A stretch of DNA of 64,000 nt from sequence record SRR20825006_870, one strand, 5' to 3'. Below, in pieces: positions 48,657-58,030 of this stretch. The position numbers and the translations under genes are program-made. The notes under the pieces are model-generated. The model searched no databases, was not told where the DNA came from, and saw only the letters and a list, made by a program, of their open reading frames with translations. How positions within the stretch are numbered: the first letter of the stretch is position 1; the number at the start of each line of letters is the position of its first letter.

Positions 48657-49447
48657 TGCCCTTTTCCTTAAAGGACAAAGTGGCCCTGATTACGGGCGCG
48701 GGGCGTGGCATTGGCGCCGCCATTGCTACCCGCTTTGCTGAAGCGGGCGCGCAAGTGATCCTAGCCAACCGCACCTTTGATTATGCCGAGGAGCTAGCGG
48801 CTGCACTCACAGCGGTGGGGCATAAAGCGCTGGTGCTGCCACTGGATGATCTATCGCGAGATGGATTGCATCATCTTGTGGGCAAAGCGGCGGCAGCTGC
48901 AAATGGGCAATTGGATATTGTGGTGCACAATGCGGGCGGTTGCCCGTGGGGCGACGTGGAAGAACTAGACGAAGACCAGTTGGAACTGGTGCTCGATCTG
49001 AACCTTAAATCCTGCTTCTGGCTTACACAGGCGGCCTTGCCTTTTCTGCGTAAATCAAATGCGGGACGGTTTTTGGTGACCTCATCCATCTCATCGCGCA
49101 GCGCCTTTGGCGGCGGTACGCATTATTCAGCGGCGAAAGCGGGCGTGAATGCCTTTATCCGCGGCACAGGCTTTGAGCTGGCGCGGGAGAACATCACCGT
49201 GAACGGCGTGGAGCCGGGCTTTATTGCCAAGCCCGGTCGTGGCCGCATGGGGCAGCCCGATGCCATGGCAGAGCTGGGCCGACATATTCCCATGGGGGCG
49301 CTGGGCGAAGCCGACGATATTGGCCACGCCATGCTGTTTTTAGCGTCAGAAGAAGCGAAATATATCACCGGGCAAACCATAATTGTGGATGGCGGCGCGA
49401 GCTTGCCGGAAACGGGTTACGCCGTGGAAGACCGATGGGGGCTATAA
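48656..49447 (+). CDS. Short-chain dehydrogenase/reductase
   Basis: TGAGRGIG, HNAG, YSAAK, YITGQ..VDGG; coupled to the aminotransferase stop. Confidence 0.9.
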   Translation: MPFSLKDKVALITGAGRGIGAAIATRFAEAGAQVILANRTFDYAEELAAALTAVGHKALVLPLDDLSRDGLHHLVGKAAAAANGQLDIVVHNAGGCPWGDVEELDEDQLELVLDLNLKSCFWLTQAALPFLRKSNAGRFLVTSSISSRSAFGGGTHYSAAKAGVNAFIRGTGFELARENITVNGVEPGFIAKPGRGRMGQPDAMAELGRHIPMGALGEADDIGHAMLFLASEEAKYITGQTIIVDGGASLPETGYAVEDRWGL

Positions 49448-50199
49448 TGAGTGCACTTAAAGGCAAACGCGCATTGATCACCGGGGCGGCCACTGGCATG
49501 GGCCGGGCCACCGCAGAACGATTTGCGCAAGAAGGCGCGGAGTTGATTCTATTTGGTCTCGGTGGAGACTTGCTTGACGACGTGGCCGCAAAAACCAATG
49601 GGATTGCTATTCATGGCGACGTGACGCAAATGGCCGATATTGAGGCGGCCATCAGCGCGTGTGATGGACAATTGGACATATTGGTCAGCGCCGCCGGGGT
49701 GATCTTTGATGATGATCCTGAGACCATTCAGGATGAGGTTTGGGACAAGACGTTTGACGTCAACACCAAAGGGGCCATGCGCATGTGCCGCACGGCGATC
49801 CCATTATTAAAAAAACAAGGCGGTGCCATCGTCAATATCGCCTCCGTCGCGGCGCAAAATAGCGGGCCCGGCATGGCGAGTTACGCGGCCAGCAAGTCGG
49901 CGCTGATCACCTACACAAAGTCAATTGCCAATGCCCATGGGCCTGATGGGATTCGGGCCAATGTGGTGCTGCCCGGTTGGGTGCGCACGCCCATGAGTGA
50001 AATGGAAATGGCACAATTGGCAAATTCACGGGGCACAAACCCGGAAGAGGAATTTGAAAAAATACGTCAAACCATCTGTTTGCGCCGGATTGCCGGGGCA
50101 GACGAGATTGCGGCCTGTTGCTTGTTTTTAGCCTCTGATGAGGCCAGCTTTATTAGCGGCACCCAATTGGTAGCTGATGGCGGTGGGCGCAAGAAATAG
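49447..50199 (+). CDS. Short-chain dehydrogenase/reductase
   Basis: TGAATGMG, YAASK, PGWVRTPM, ADGG; TAATG overlap. Confidence 0.9.
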   Translation: MSALKGKRALITGAATGMGRATAERFAQEGAELILFGLGGDLLDDVAAKTNGIAIHGDVTQMADIEAAISACDGQLDILVSAAGVIFDDDPETIQDEVWDKTFDVNTKGAMRMCRTAIPLLKKQGGAIVNIASVAAQNSGPGMASYAASKSALITYTKSIANAHGPDGIRANVVLPGWVRTPMSEMEMAQLANSRGTNPEEEFEKIRQTICLRRIAGADEIAACCLFLASDEASFISGTQLVADGGGRKK

Positions 50200-50212
50200 G
50201 GTGAGTTAAACC

Positions 50213-50647
50213 CTATTCCTCAACAAATTCTTCGAGCAGATCGAGAAGCTTTTCAATGCGCTCAACGCCATATTTTTCTTCTAGAGATTGATAGATGCGG
50301 CGTTGTTCTGGTGAGATGGCTTCAATAAAAGCTTTGCCGCTTTCGGTGACAGAAAGCACGGCGCGACGGCCATCATCATCGGCCCGGCGGCGCAGAATAA
50401 AGCCGCGATCTTCAAGCGTTTTGATGATGCGCGTCAAGCTCGGCGCCAACACGGAAGCACGGTTAGCCACTTCGGTGGCATCCAACGGACCTTCTTCATC
50501 AACAACACGGAGCACCCGCCATTGTTGCTCGGTCACATTATGCGCAGCCAGCATTGGCCGGAAATGAGACATGACAGATTCGCGAGCACGCAACAGGGCC
50601 ATTGGCAGTGAGCGGCGGGTACTTTGTGGAAACATATTTCTTTCCAT
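50213..50647 (-). CDS. hpaR: Homoprotocatechuate degradation regulator HpaR (MarR family)
   Basis: SLPMALLRARESVM.HFRP.L..H.VTEQQWRVLR, PSLTRI; divergent from the hpa operon. Confidence 0.92.
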   Translation of the reverse strand: MERNMFPQSTRRSLPMALLRARESVMSHFRPMLAAHNVTEQQWRVLRVVDEEGPLDATEVANRASVLAPSLTRIIKTLEDRGFILRRRADDDGRRAVLSVTESGKAFIEAISPEQRRIYQSLEEKYGVERIEKLLDLLEEFVEE

Positions 50648-50732
50648 CCGGCTTCAAAAAACTTGGCACCCTTTATTGCGGGATTGTTGAATTGGGGCAA
50701 GCCTTTTCCTTTGACGCTTGACAAGAGAGAAA

Positions 50733-50752
50733 AATATATTTAACACGTTAAA
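50733..50752. promoter_or_regulatory. Putative HpaR operator
   Basis: Palindrome TTTAAC-AC-GTTAAA downstream of TTGACA (50718-50723) in the hpaR/hpaF divergent region. Confidence 0.7.
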
Positions 50753-50774
50753 CAATATTGGGACGGAGGCGACT

Positions 50775-51173
50775 ATGCCGCATTTGAGCATAGAATACTC
50801 AGCCAACCTGGCTGATAAGATTGATATGAACGCACTTTGTCATGCGCTGCATGACGTGATGATCAATGCAGGGCCATTTGAAAAAGGCGGCGTGCGCGTG
50901 CGCGCTTTCCGCGCAGATCATTATGCCATTGCGGATTTGCATGTGGAAAATGCATTTGTCGATATCAATTTGCGCATTGGTCGAGGCCGCAGCCAAGAAG
51001 ACAAAAAGCAAGTGGGCGAGGCGCTGATCGCACGTGCTCAAGCGGAATTGGCATCGCTTTTTGAAACCGAACATTTTGCTCTTTCACTCGAAATTCGCGA
51101 AATTGACGCCGAGTTAAGTTGGAAGCGCAACACCATCCATAAACGCATTCGAGCAACAGGATCTAACGCATGA
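50775..51173 (+). CDS. hpaF: 5-carboxymethyl-2-hydroxymuconate isomerase
   Basis: Catalytic Pro1 MPHL.IEYSANL, G.RVRA, GRGRS, KRN.IH; GGAGG RBS, ATG 50775. Confidence 0.9.
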   Translation: MPHLSIEYSANLADKIDMNALCHALHDVMINAGPFEKGGVRVRAFRADHYAIADLHVENAFVDINLRIGRGRSQEDKKQVGEALIARAQAELASLFETEHFALSLEIREIDAELSWKRNTIHKRIRATGSNA

Positions 51174-52684
51174 CCGACCTGAAGACCAATATTGAAAAGG
51201 CACAATCCTATTTAGAACGCTTTCGCAAAGAGGGTGTGTTGAACCATATTGCAGGGCAATCAGTTGCAGCAGATAGCGGCGAGCAGTTCGAAATTATCTC
51301 GCCGGTTGATCTGGAGCCGATTGCAAAGGTTGCGCGTGGCGGTGCGTCAGATATCGACAAGGCAGCAAAAGCGGCAAAAGCAAGCTTTGCGGAATGGGTC
51401 GCGATGTCGGGCAAAGAACGCAAAAAACTGTTGCACCGCATTGCGGATGCGATTGAGGCGCGGGCCGAAGAAATTGCATTTGTTGAAAGCATGGATACGG
51501 GCCAAGCCATTCGCTTCATGTCGAAAGCCGCTTTGCGCGGGGCGGAGAATTTCCGCTTTTTCGCGGATCGTGCGCCAATGGCCCGCGACGGTGAATCCTT
51601 GCGTGCCAACAATCAATTGAACATCACAGCACGTTCGCCAATCGGCCCAGTGGGGATCATCACCCCATGGAACACGCCGTTTATGCTGTCAACCTGGAAA
51701 ATCGCCCCAGCGCTAGCGGCAGGCTGCACAATTGTACACAAGCCTGCAGAATTTTCGCCACTCACCGCGCGCCTATTGGTGGAAATTGCCGAAGAGGCCG
51801 GCCTGCCCAAAGGCGTGTGGAACCTGGTGAATGGCTTTGGCGAAGATGCCGGCAAGGCGCTGACTGAACATCCTGACATCAAGGCCGTGGGCTTTGTGGG
51901 CGAAAGCCGCACGGGCTCCATGATCATGAAGCAGGGCGCAGACACACTAAAACGCTTCCACTTTGAATTGGGCGGCAAAAACCCAGTGGTGGTTTTTGAT
52001 GATGCCGATTTGGACCGCGCCGCAGATGCAGCCGTGTTCATGATCTACTCACTGAACGGCGAGCGCTGCACCTCTTCCTCACGCTTGCTGGTGCAATCAT
52101 CAATCTATGATGAGTTCACTGCCAAGGTGGCGGAGAAAGCTAAGAACATTAAAGTGGGGCACCCGCTTGACCCGCAAACTGTGGTCGGCCCGTTGATCCA
52201 TCCAGTGCACGAAAAGAAGGTGCTGGAATATCTTGAGATCGGCCCAAAGGAAGGCGCGACTGTTGCTGCTGGCGGCAAGAAGGCGGAAGGGTTCACCGGC
52301 TGCTATGTGGAGCCGACCTTATTCACCAATGTCACCAACGATATGCGCATCGCTCGGGAAGAGATTTTTGGCCCCGTATTGAGCGCCATGAAATTTGACA
52401 GCGAAGAAGAAGCGCTGAGCATCGCCAACGACACCGAATATGGCCTCACGGGCTATGTGTGGACCTCAGATGTGACACGCGCTTTGCGCTTCACCGATCA
52501 GCTCGAAGCGGGCATGATCTGGGTAAATTCAGAAAATGTACGCCATCTGCCATCGCCATTTGGCGGCGTGAAAAGTTCTGGCATCGGCCGCGATGGCGGC
52601 GATTGGTCTTTCGATTTCTATATGGAAACAAAGAACATCGCTTTTGCCACCACTGCGCATGCCATTCCAAAATTGGGTGGCTAA
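51170..52684 (+). CDS. hpaE: 5-carboxymethyl-2-hydroxymuconate semialdehyde dehydrogenase
   Basis: ITPWNTPFMLSTWK, FVGES.TG, ELGGKNP, YSLNGERCT, NVRHLP.PFGG. Confidence 0.93.
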   Translation: MTDLKTNIEKAQSYLERFRKEGVLNHIAGQSVAADSGEQFEIISPVDLEPIAKVARGGASDIDKAAKAAKASFAEWVAMSGKERKKLLHRIADAIEARAEEIAFVESMDTGQAIRFMSKAALRGAENFRFFADRAPMARDGESLRANNQLNITARSPIGPVGIITPWNTPFMLSTWKIAPALAAGCTIVHKPAEFSPLTARLLVEIAEEAGLPKGVWNLVNGFGEDAGKALTEHPDIKAVGFVGESRTGSMIMKQGADTLKRFHFELGGKNPVVVFDDADLDRAADAAVFMIYSLNGERCTSSSRLLVQSSIYDEFTAKVAEKAKNIKVGHPLDPQTVVGPLIHPVHEKKVLEYLEIGPKEGATVAAGGKKAEGFTGCYVEPTLFTNVTNDMRIAREEIFGPVLSAMKFDSEEEALSIANDTEYGLTGYVWTSDVTRALRFTDQLEAGMIWVNSENVRHLPSPFGGVKSSGIGRDGGDWSFDFYMETKNIAFATTAHAIPKLGG

Positions 52685-52746
52685 GCCCACCCCACAAATA
52701 AGAATTGAGTTTGCGGTTTTAGACCGCGTTGAGGAGATCCGTTAAA

Positions 52747-53727
52747 ATGCCTGTACCCAAGAGTAATTTATATCCCGACTTCAACATTGTTCGCCTGTCT
52801 CATGTGGAATTTATGGTGACCGATTTGGCGGCCAGCAAAGCTTTTTATGCTGATACGCTTGGGTTGCAAATCTCTTATGAAGATAGCGAAACAGTGTTTT
52901 TGCGTGCTTTGGAAGAACGCAATCATCACTGTATCATTCTACGCAAAGGCCAAAAAGCTGAAGCCAATGTGTTGGGCTTTAAGGTCTATGATGAGCAGGA
53001 TTTGGACAAGGCTGAAATCTATTTCAAAGAAAAGGGCCTGCCCACCGAATGGATTGAGCGTCCGCATCAGGGCCGCACTTTGCGCACTCAGGATTTGCAT
53101 GGCATCCCGCTGGAATTCTATGCGCGCATGAACCAGCTCGACCCAATCCATCAGCAATATAAGCTTTATAAAGGCGTGCGCCCCTTGCGCATTGACCACT
53201 TCAACTGCTTCTCCACCAATGTGGATGAAAGCGTGGCCTTTTATAATGATCTCGGCTTCCGCGTGACCGAATATACCGAAGATGAAGAGAGCAAAAAACT
53301 TTGGGCAGCGTGGATGCACCGCAAAGGTGGCGTGCACGACATGGCCTTCACCAATGGCCGTGGCCCCCGCTTGCACCATACGGCCTTTTGGGTGCCAAAC
53401 CCGTTGGCCATTATCGACTTGCTCGATTTGATGTCCACTACAGGCTATCTCGAAAACATTGAACGTGGCCCTGGCCGTCACGGCATTTCAAATGCGTTTT
53501 TCCTCTATATCCGAGACCCAGATGGCCACCGGATTGAGATCTATTGTTCGGACTATATGACCGTTGATCCAGACCTTGAGCCGATCAAATGGGATTTGAA
53601 AGATCCGCAGCGGCAAACCCTTTGGGGGGCGCCAGCACCGCGCAGCTGGTTTGAGGAAGGCACGACTTTTGCCAATACCGAAATCAGCGACAGCCAATTG
53701 GCCGCGCAGCCTATTGTGGCGCCATAA
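52747..53727 (+). CDS. hpaD: 3,4-dihydroxyphenylacetate 2,3-dioxygenase (VOC-type extradiol dioxygenase)
   Basis: RIDHFN, HRKGGVHD, LHH.AF, ERGPGRHGISNAFFLY.RDPDGHRIE.Y. Confidence 0.93.
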   Translation: MPVPKSNLYPDFNIVRLSHVEFMVTDLAASKAFYADTLGLQISYEDSETVFLRALEERNHHCIILRKGQKAEANVLGFKVYDEQDLDKAEIYFKEKGLPTEWIERPHQGRTLRTQDLHGIPLEFYARMNQLDPIHQQYKLYKGVRPLRIDHFNCFSTNVDESVAFYNDLGFRVTEYTEDEESKKLWAAWMHRKGGVHDMAFTNGRGPRLHHTAFWVPNPLAIIDLLDLMSTTGYLENIERGPGRHGISNAFFLYIRDPDGHRIEIYCSDYMTVDPDLEPIKWDLKDPQRQTLWGAPAPRSWFEEGTTFANTEISDSQLAAQPIVAP

Positions 53728-53862
53728 AGCGAACCCACTGGCGTTGGGCGGGGCGAAGATAACGGCAAGGCGAGAACTTTTTGAGCACTGAGCCGTTGAC
53801 CTTTTAACGCCATCCCAACGCCAAGAGGCGTTTGACTTGAACGGCTAACAAAGGAAAGCGAC

Positions 53863-55326
53863 ATGAAACTGAACGACCCCAAATTGCTCCGCGAAGCCCT
53901 GCCAGTTGCTGGTAAATGGATCGAAACCAGCGATGATATGCTGACGGTCAAAAACCCATCCACCGGCGACATTGTGGGCAAGCTGCCCAAAATTGGCGCT
54001 GAAGAAGTGGAAGAAGCGATTGCCGCTGCGGCCAAAGCGCAAAAGCAATGGGCCAAACGCACCGCAAAAGAGCGGTCACAGATTCTGCGTCGCTGGTTTG
54101 AATTGATGATGGAACATCAGGATGACCTCGCGGCCATTCTGACCCTTGAGCAAGGCAAACCGCTTTCCGAAGCCAAAGGCGAAATCGCCTATGGCGCAAG
54201 CTTTATTGAATGGTTCGCCGAAGAGGCACGCCGCGTTTATGGCGATTTGATCCCGGCGCACCGTACCGATAGCCGCATCATGGTGATGAAGCAGCCCGTT
54301 GGCGTTGTGGCGGCCATCACGCCGTGGAATTTCCCCAATGCCATGATCACCCGCAAAGCCGGACCTGCTTTGGCGGCAGGGTGTGCCATGGTGCTAAAGC
54401 CCGCGTCGCAAACCCCGTTCTCGGCGATTGCATTGGCCGTGCTGGCGGAACGTGCCGGGTTGCCCATGGAATTGTTCTCCGTGGTCACCGGCTCCTCCAA
54501 AACCATTGGCGACACACTGACCGCCAGCGATGTGGTGCGCAAAATCACCTTTACCGGCTCCACGGAAGTGGGGGCGATGCTCTATGAGCAAAGCGCGCCA
54601 ACCATCAAAAAACTCGGCTTGGAATTGGGCGGCAATGCGCCCTTTATTGTGTTCGACGATGCTAATGTGGATGACGCGGTTGACGGAGCAATCATCGCCA
54701 AGTTCCGCAATAATGGCCAGACATGTGTGTGCGCCAATCGGGTTTATGTGCAAGCCAATATCTATGATGAATTTGCGCAAAAGCTGAAAGAAGCATTGCA
54801 GAAACTGAAAACCGGCGATGGATTTGAAGATGATGTGACCTTCGGGCCGCTGATCGATCAGGGCGCGGTTGAAAAGGTGGAAGAACATATTGCGGATGCC
54901 AAGCAAAAGGGCGCTGAAGTTACCTTGGGTGGTCAGCGCCACAGCTTGGGCGGTACCTTCTTTGAACCGACCATCATGACCGGCGTCACCCAAGATATGG
55001 CCGTGGCGACGGAAGAAACTTTTGGTCCCGTTGCGCCGCTGTTCAAGTTCGAGAGCGAAGCCGATGTGGTGCAGATGGCCAATGACACTGAATTTGGCCT
55101 TGCCTCTTATTTCTACGCCAATGACCTCAGCCGCGTTTGGCGCGTCGCTGAGGAATTGGAATATGGCATGGTGGGCGTAAACACCGGGCTTATCTCCACT
55201 GCGGAAGCACCGTTTGGTGGCGTCAAACATTCCGGACTGGGCCGCGAAGGTTCCCACTATGGCTTAGATGAATTTTTAGAACTCAAATATGTCTGCCTCG
55301 GCGGCATCAAGGAAAATGAGGAATAA
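53863..55326 (+). CDS. gabD: NAD(P)-dependent succinate-semialdehyde dehydrogenase
   Basis: EQGKPL.EAKGEI.YGASF.EWFAEE, ITPWNFP.AMITRK, ELGGNAP, KFRNNGQTCVC, EETFGP. Confidence 0.93.
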   Translation: MKLNDPKLLREALPVAGKWIETSDDMLTVKNPSTGDIVGKLPKIGAEEVEEAIAAAAKAQKQWAKRTAKERSQILRRWFELMMEHQDDLAAILTLEQGKPLSEAKGEIAYGASFIEWFAEEARRVYGDLIPAHRTDSRIMVMKQPVGVVAAITPWNFPNAMITRKAGPALAAGCAMVLKPASQTPFSAIALAVLAERAGLPMELFSVVTGSSKTIGDTLTASDVVRKITFTGSTEVGAMLYEQSAPTIKKLGLELGGNAPFIVFDDANVDDAVDGAIIAKFRNNGQTCVCANRVYVQANIYDEFAQKLKEALQKLKTGDGFEDDVTFGPLIDQGAVEKVEEHIADAKQKGAEVTLGGQRHSLGGTFFEPTIMTGVTQDMAVATEETFGPVAPLFKFESEADVVQMANDTEFGLASYFYANDLSRVWRVAEELEYGMVGVNTGLISTAEAPFGGVKHSGLGREGSHYGLDEFLELKYVCLGGIKENEE

Positions 55327-55327
55327 T

Positions 55328-56200
55328 ATGACCAATCGGGCGCGCATCGCCACCTTTAAGCGCAACAACAAGCTGGGCTATGGGGCCATCACCGACACAG
55401 GCGTCGTGGACCTTTCTGCCCGCTTTGGCTCCAAATATGCAGGGTTGCGTGAAGTGATCGAAGCGGGCGCGCTGCCCGAATTGGTTGAGGCCGCAAAAGG
55501 CCAGCCCGACGATTTTGGTTTGGATGAGATTTCCTATGAAATTCCTATTCAGAATCCAGAGAAATTGATTTGCGTGGGCGTTAACTTCCCTAACCGAAAT
55601 GAAGAATATAAGGACGGGCAAGAGGCACCGCCAAACCCGTCACTTTTCATCCGGTTCCCACGCTCCTTCACTGGCCATGACCAAGCTTTGGTCCGCCCTC
55701 ACGCCTCGCCACAATTGGATTATGAAGGCGAGATCGTGTTGGTGATCGGCAAAGGCGGTCGGCACATTGCGGAAGAAGACGCGTTGGACCATGTGGCGGC
55801 CTTGACCTTGTGCAATGAAGGCACAATCCGCGATTGGGTGCGCCATGCCAAGTTCAATGTGACCCAAGGCAAAAACTTTGACGATACGGGCGCCATCGGC
55901 CCTTGGTTGGTGCCGTTTGAAGGCGAAGAGCAATTGGCCGATGTGCGCCTCACCACCAAGGTGAATGGCGAAGTCCGTCAGGATGATCGCACCTCTCGCA
56001 TGATTTTCAGCTTCAGAAAATTGATCAATTATATTTCGACCTTCACCACCTTGGTGCCCGGCGACGTGATCGTGACCGGCACACCAACAGGCGCAGGCGC
56101 ACGGCTTGATCCGCCACAATGGCTGAAGCCCGGTGATGTGATCGAAGTAGAAGCGGAAGGCATTGGCCTGTTGCGTAATACAGTGCGGGATGAGGACTAA
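55328..56200 (+). CDS. Fumarylacetoacetate hydrolase family protein, probably the HpaG-type decarboxylase step
   Basis: CVGVNF, LDYEGE, GKNF, GPW, L.PGDVI.TGTP; inside the hpa operon. Confidence 0.85.
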   Translation: MTNRARIATFKRNNKLGYGAITDTGVVDLSARFGSKYAGLREVIEAGALPELVEAAKGQPDDFGLDEISYEIPIQNPEKLICVGVNFPNRNEEYKDGQEAPPNPSLFIRFPRSFTGHDQALVRPHASPQLDYEGEIVLVIGKGGRHIAEEDALDHVAALTLCNEGTIRDWVRHAKFNVTQGKNFDDTGAIGPWLVPFEGEEQLADVRLTTKVNGEVRQDDRTSRMIFSFRKLINYISTFTTLVPGDVIVTGTPTGAGARLDPPQWLKPGDVIEVEAEGIGLLRNTVRDED

Positions 56201-56201
56201 A

Positions 56202-57005
56202 ATGATCAGTGATGATGATGCCAAAAAGCTGGCGGAAGAACTGCACAATGCCGAGGAAACGCGGCAGCAAATTCCGCTGATCTCCAAGCGGTTTCCGGAG
56301 GCAGAACTGGCCGATGCCTATAAGGTGCAAGATGCCTGGGTGGCCCATAAATATGGGTTGGGGCGTCAACGCATTGGGTGGAAAATTGGCCTCACGTCAA
56401 AAGCCATGCAGGCGGCATTGAACATCACCACGCCCGATTCCGGCGTGTTGTTTGACGATATGGCGTTTGAAGATGGCGCAACAGTGCCAAAAGATCGCTT
56501 TATCCAACCGCGCATTGAAGCGGAAATTGCATTCGTTTTGAAAGCACCACTGAAAGGCGACAAGGTCACCATGTTCGATGTGCTGAACGCCACGGACTAT
56601 GTGATCCCGTCATTGGAGATCTTGGACACGCGGGTTGTGCGCAAAGACGCAGACACAGGCCAGATGCGCACCATTGTCGACACGGTATCAGATAATGCGG
56701 CGAATGCCGGGCTGGTGCTGGGTGGCCGTGCCATGCGGGTTGATGAGGTAGATTTACGTTGGATCGGCGCCATCGTGCAGCGCAATGGCGTGGTGGAAGA
56801 AACTGGCCTTGGCGCAGGCGTGCTCAATCACCCGGCCATGGGCATTGTGTGGCTGGTGAAGCGGCTGGCGCAATTTGACATTGGCTTGGCACGCGGCGAG
56901 ATTGTGCTTTCCGGCTCTTTCATCCGCCCCGTGGAAACCAGCCACGGCGACACCATCATGGCAGACTTCGGCCCCTTGGGCACCGTCAGCACCTACTTCG
57001 AATAA
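56202..57005 (+). CDS. hpaH: 2-oxo-hept-3-ene-1,7-dioate hydratase
   Basis: KIGLTSKAMQ, PD.G.L.DDM, PRIEAE, DT.SDNAANAG, EETGL.AGVLNHPA, LSGSF.RP. Confidence 0.93.
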   Translation: MISDDDAKKLAEELHNAEETRQQIPLISKRFPEAELADAYKVQDAWVAHKYGLGRQRIGWKIGLTSKAMQAALNITTPDSGVLFDDMAFEDGATVPKDRFIQPRIEAEIAFVLKAPLKGDKVTMFDVLNATDYVIPSLEILDTRVVRKDADTGQMRTIVDTVSDNAANAGLVLGGRAMRVDEVDLRWIGAIVQRNGVVEETGLGAGVLNHPAMGIVWLVKRLAQFDIGLARGEIVLSGSFIRPVETSHGDTIMADFGPLGTVSTYFE

Positions 57006-57016
57006 GGAACATCACC

Positions 57017-57820
57017 ATGCCAGCACCCACCAACAAATTTAAAGCCGCCATCCTGAAAGGCGAAAAGCAGATCGGGCTGTGGATGGGCCTCGCCAATGCC
57101 TATACGGCTGAAATTTGCGCCGGGGCAGGCTTTGATTGGCTGGTTATTGATGGCGAACATGCCCCCAATGATCTGCAATCCACTTTGAGCCAATTGCAAG
57201 CTTTGTCCAACTATCCGGTGAACCCAGTGGTGCGGGTGCCGATTGGCGAAACCTGGTTGATCAAACAAGTATTGGACCTTGGGGCGCAAACCGTTTTGGT
57301 ACCCATGGTGGAAAGTGCTGAACAGGCGAAAGAGCTGGTGCGGGCGATTAAATATCCCCCCGCTGGCGTGCGCGGCGTTGGCGCGGCGCTGGCGCGAGCA
57401 TCGCAGTTCAACCGCATTGGCGATTATCTGCAAACGGCAAATGATCAAACCTGCCTGATTGTACAGGTGGAAAGCCAAGTCGGCGTTGAGGCGATCGAAG
57501 AGATCGGTCAGATCGAGGGCGTGGATGGCATTTTTATCGGGCCTGCTGATTTGGCCGCAGATATGGGCTATCTGGGCCGCCCCGGCGAGCAGGTGGTGAA
57601 AGACGCGGTGCTTGATGGCATCGCAAGAATTGTCGCCACAGGCAAAGCCGCAGGCATTTTGAGCGCGGATAAGGCTTTTGCGCGCGCGTGTTTAGACCAA
57701 GGCGCAAGCTTTGTGGCGGTCGGCACAGACGTAACTCTGTTCTCAGGTGCCACCAGCAAATTGGCTGAAGAATTCACTGGTGCGGGCCACGCTGCACCTG
57801 CAGGTGACAAGACCTACTAA
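57017..57820 (+). CDS. hpaI: 4-hydroxy-2-oxoheptanedioate aldolase
   Basis: GFDWL.IDGEHAPND, KQ.LD.GAQT.LVPMV, YPP.G.RGVG, FIGPADL. Confidence 0.93.
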   Translation: MPAPTNKFKAAILKGEKQIGLWMGLANAYTAEICAGAGFDWLVIDGEHAPNDLQSTLSQLQALSNYPVNPVVRVPIGETWLIKQVLDLGAQTVLVPMVESAEQAKELVRAIKYPPAGVRGVGAALARASQFNRIGDYLQTANDQTCLIVQVESQVGVEAIEEIGQIEGVDGIFIGPADLAADMGYLGRPGEQVVKDAVLDGIARIVATGKAAGILSADKAFARACLDQGASFVAVGTDVTLFSGATSKLAEEFTGAGHAAPAGDKTY

Positions 57821-57834
57821 TTTTCTAAAGCAAG

Positions 57835-57859
57835 GCCCTGCCCATCAGATGAGCAGGGC
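57835..57859. terminator. Stem-loop after hpaI
   Basis: GCCCTGCCCATC-A-GATGAGCAGGGC; no clear U-tract. Confidence 0.45.
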
Positions 57860-57876
57860 AAACTTGCACCCATACT

Positions 57877-57895
57877 TTTAACATGTTAAATATAT
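57877..57895. promoter_or_regulatory. Putative HpaR box upstream of the AraC regulator
   Basis: Perfect palindrome TTTAACATGTTAAA plus TATAT; reverse complement matches 50734-50752 at 18 of 19 positions. Confidence 0.65.
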
Positions 57896-58030
57896 AGCTA
57901 GGCAGCTCGACTGTTTAAAAAATACTATGACATGGCGTTGGCCGCTCAACTGGGCAGACAACTGCATGCCACCACAAAGCATAATGAGATCGCGAGTTGC
58001 CGATGAGGGAGTTTTGTTGGAGGAAGTGCC

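Noticed and set aside
31635-55257. Long antisense ORFs such as 31635-32519, 38674-39516, 42412-43206, 43806-44537 and 54394-55257
   Set aside because: Each lies opposite a well-supported gene and has no domain signature; expected from codon bias
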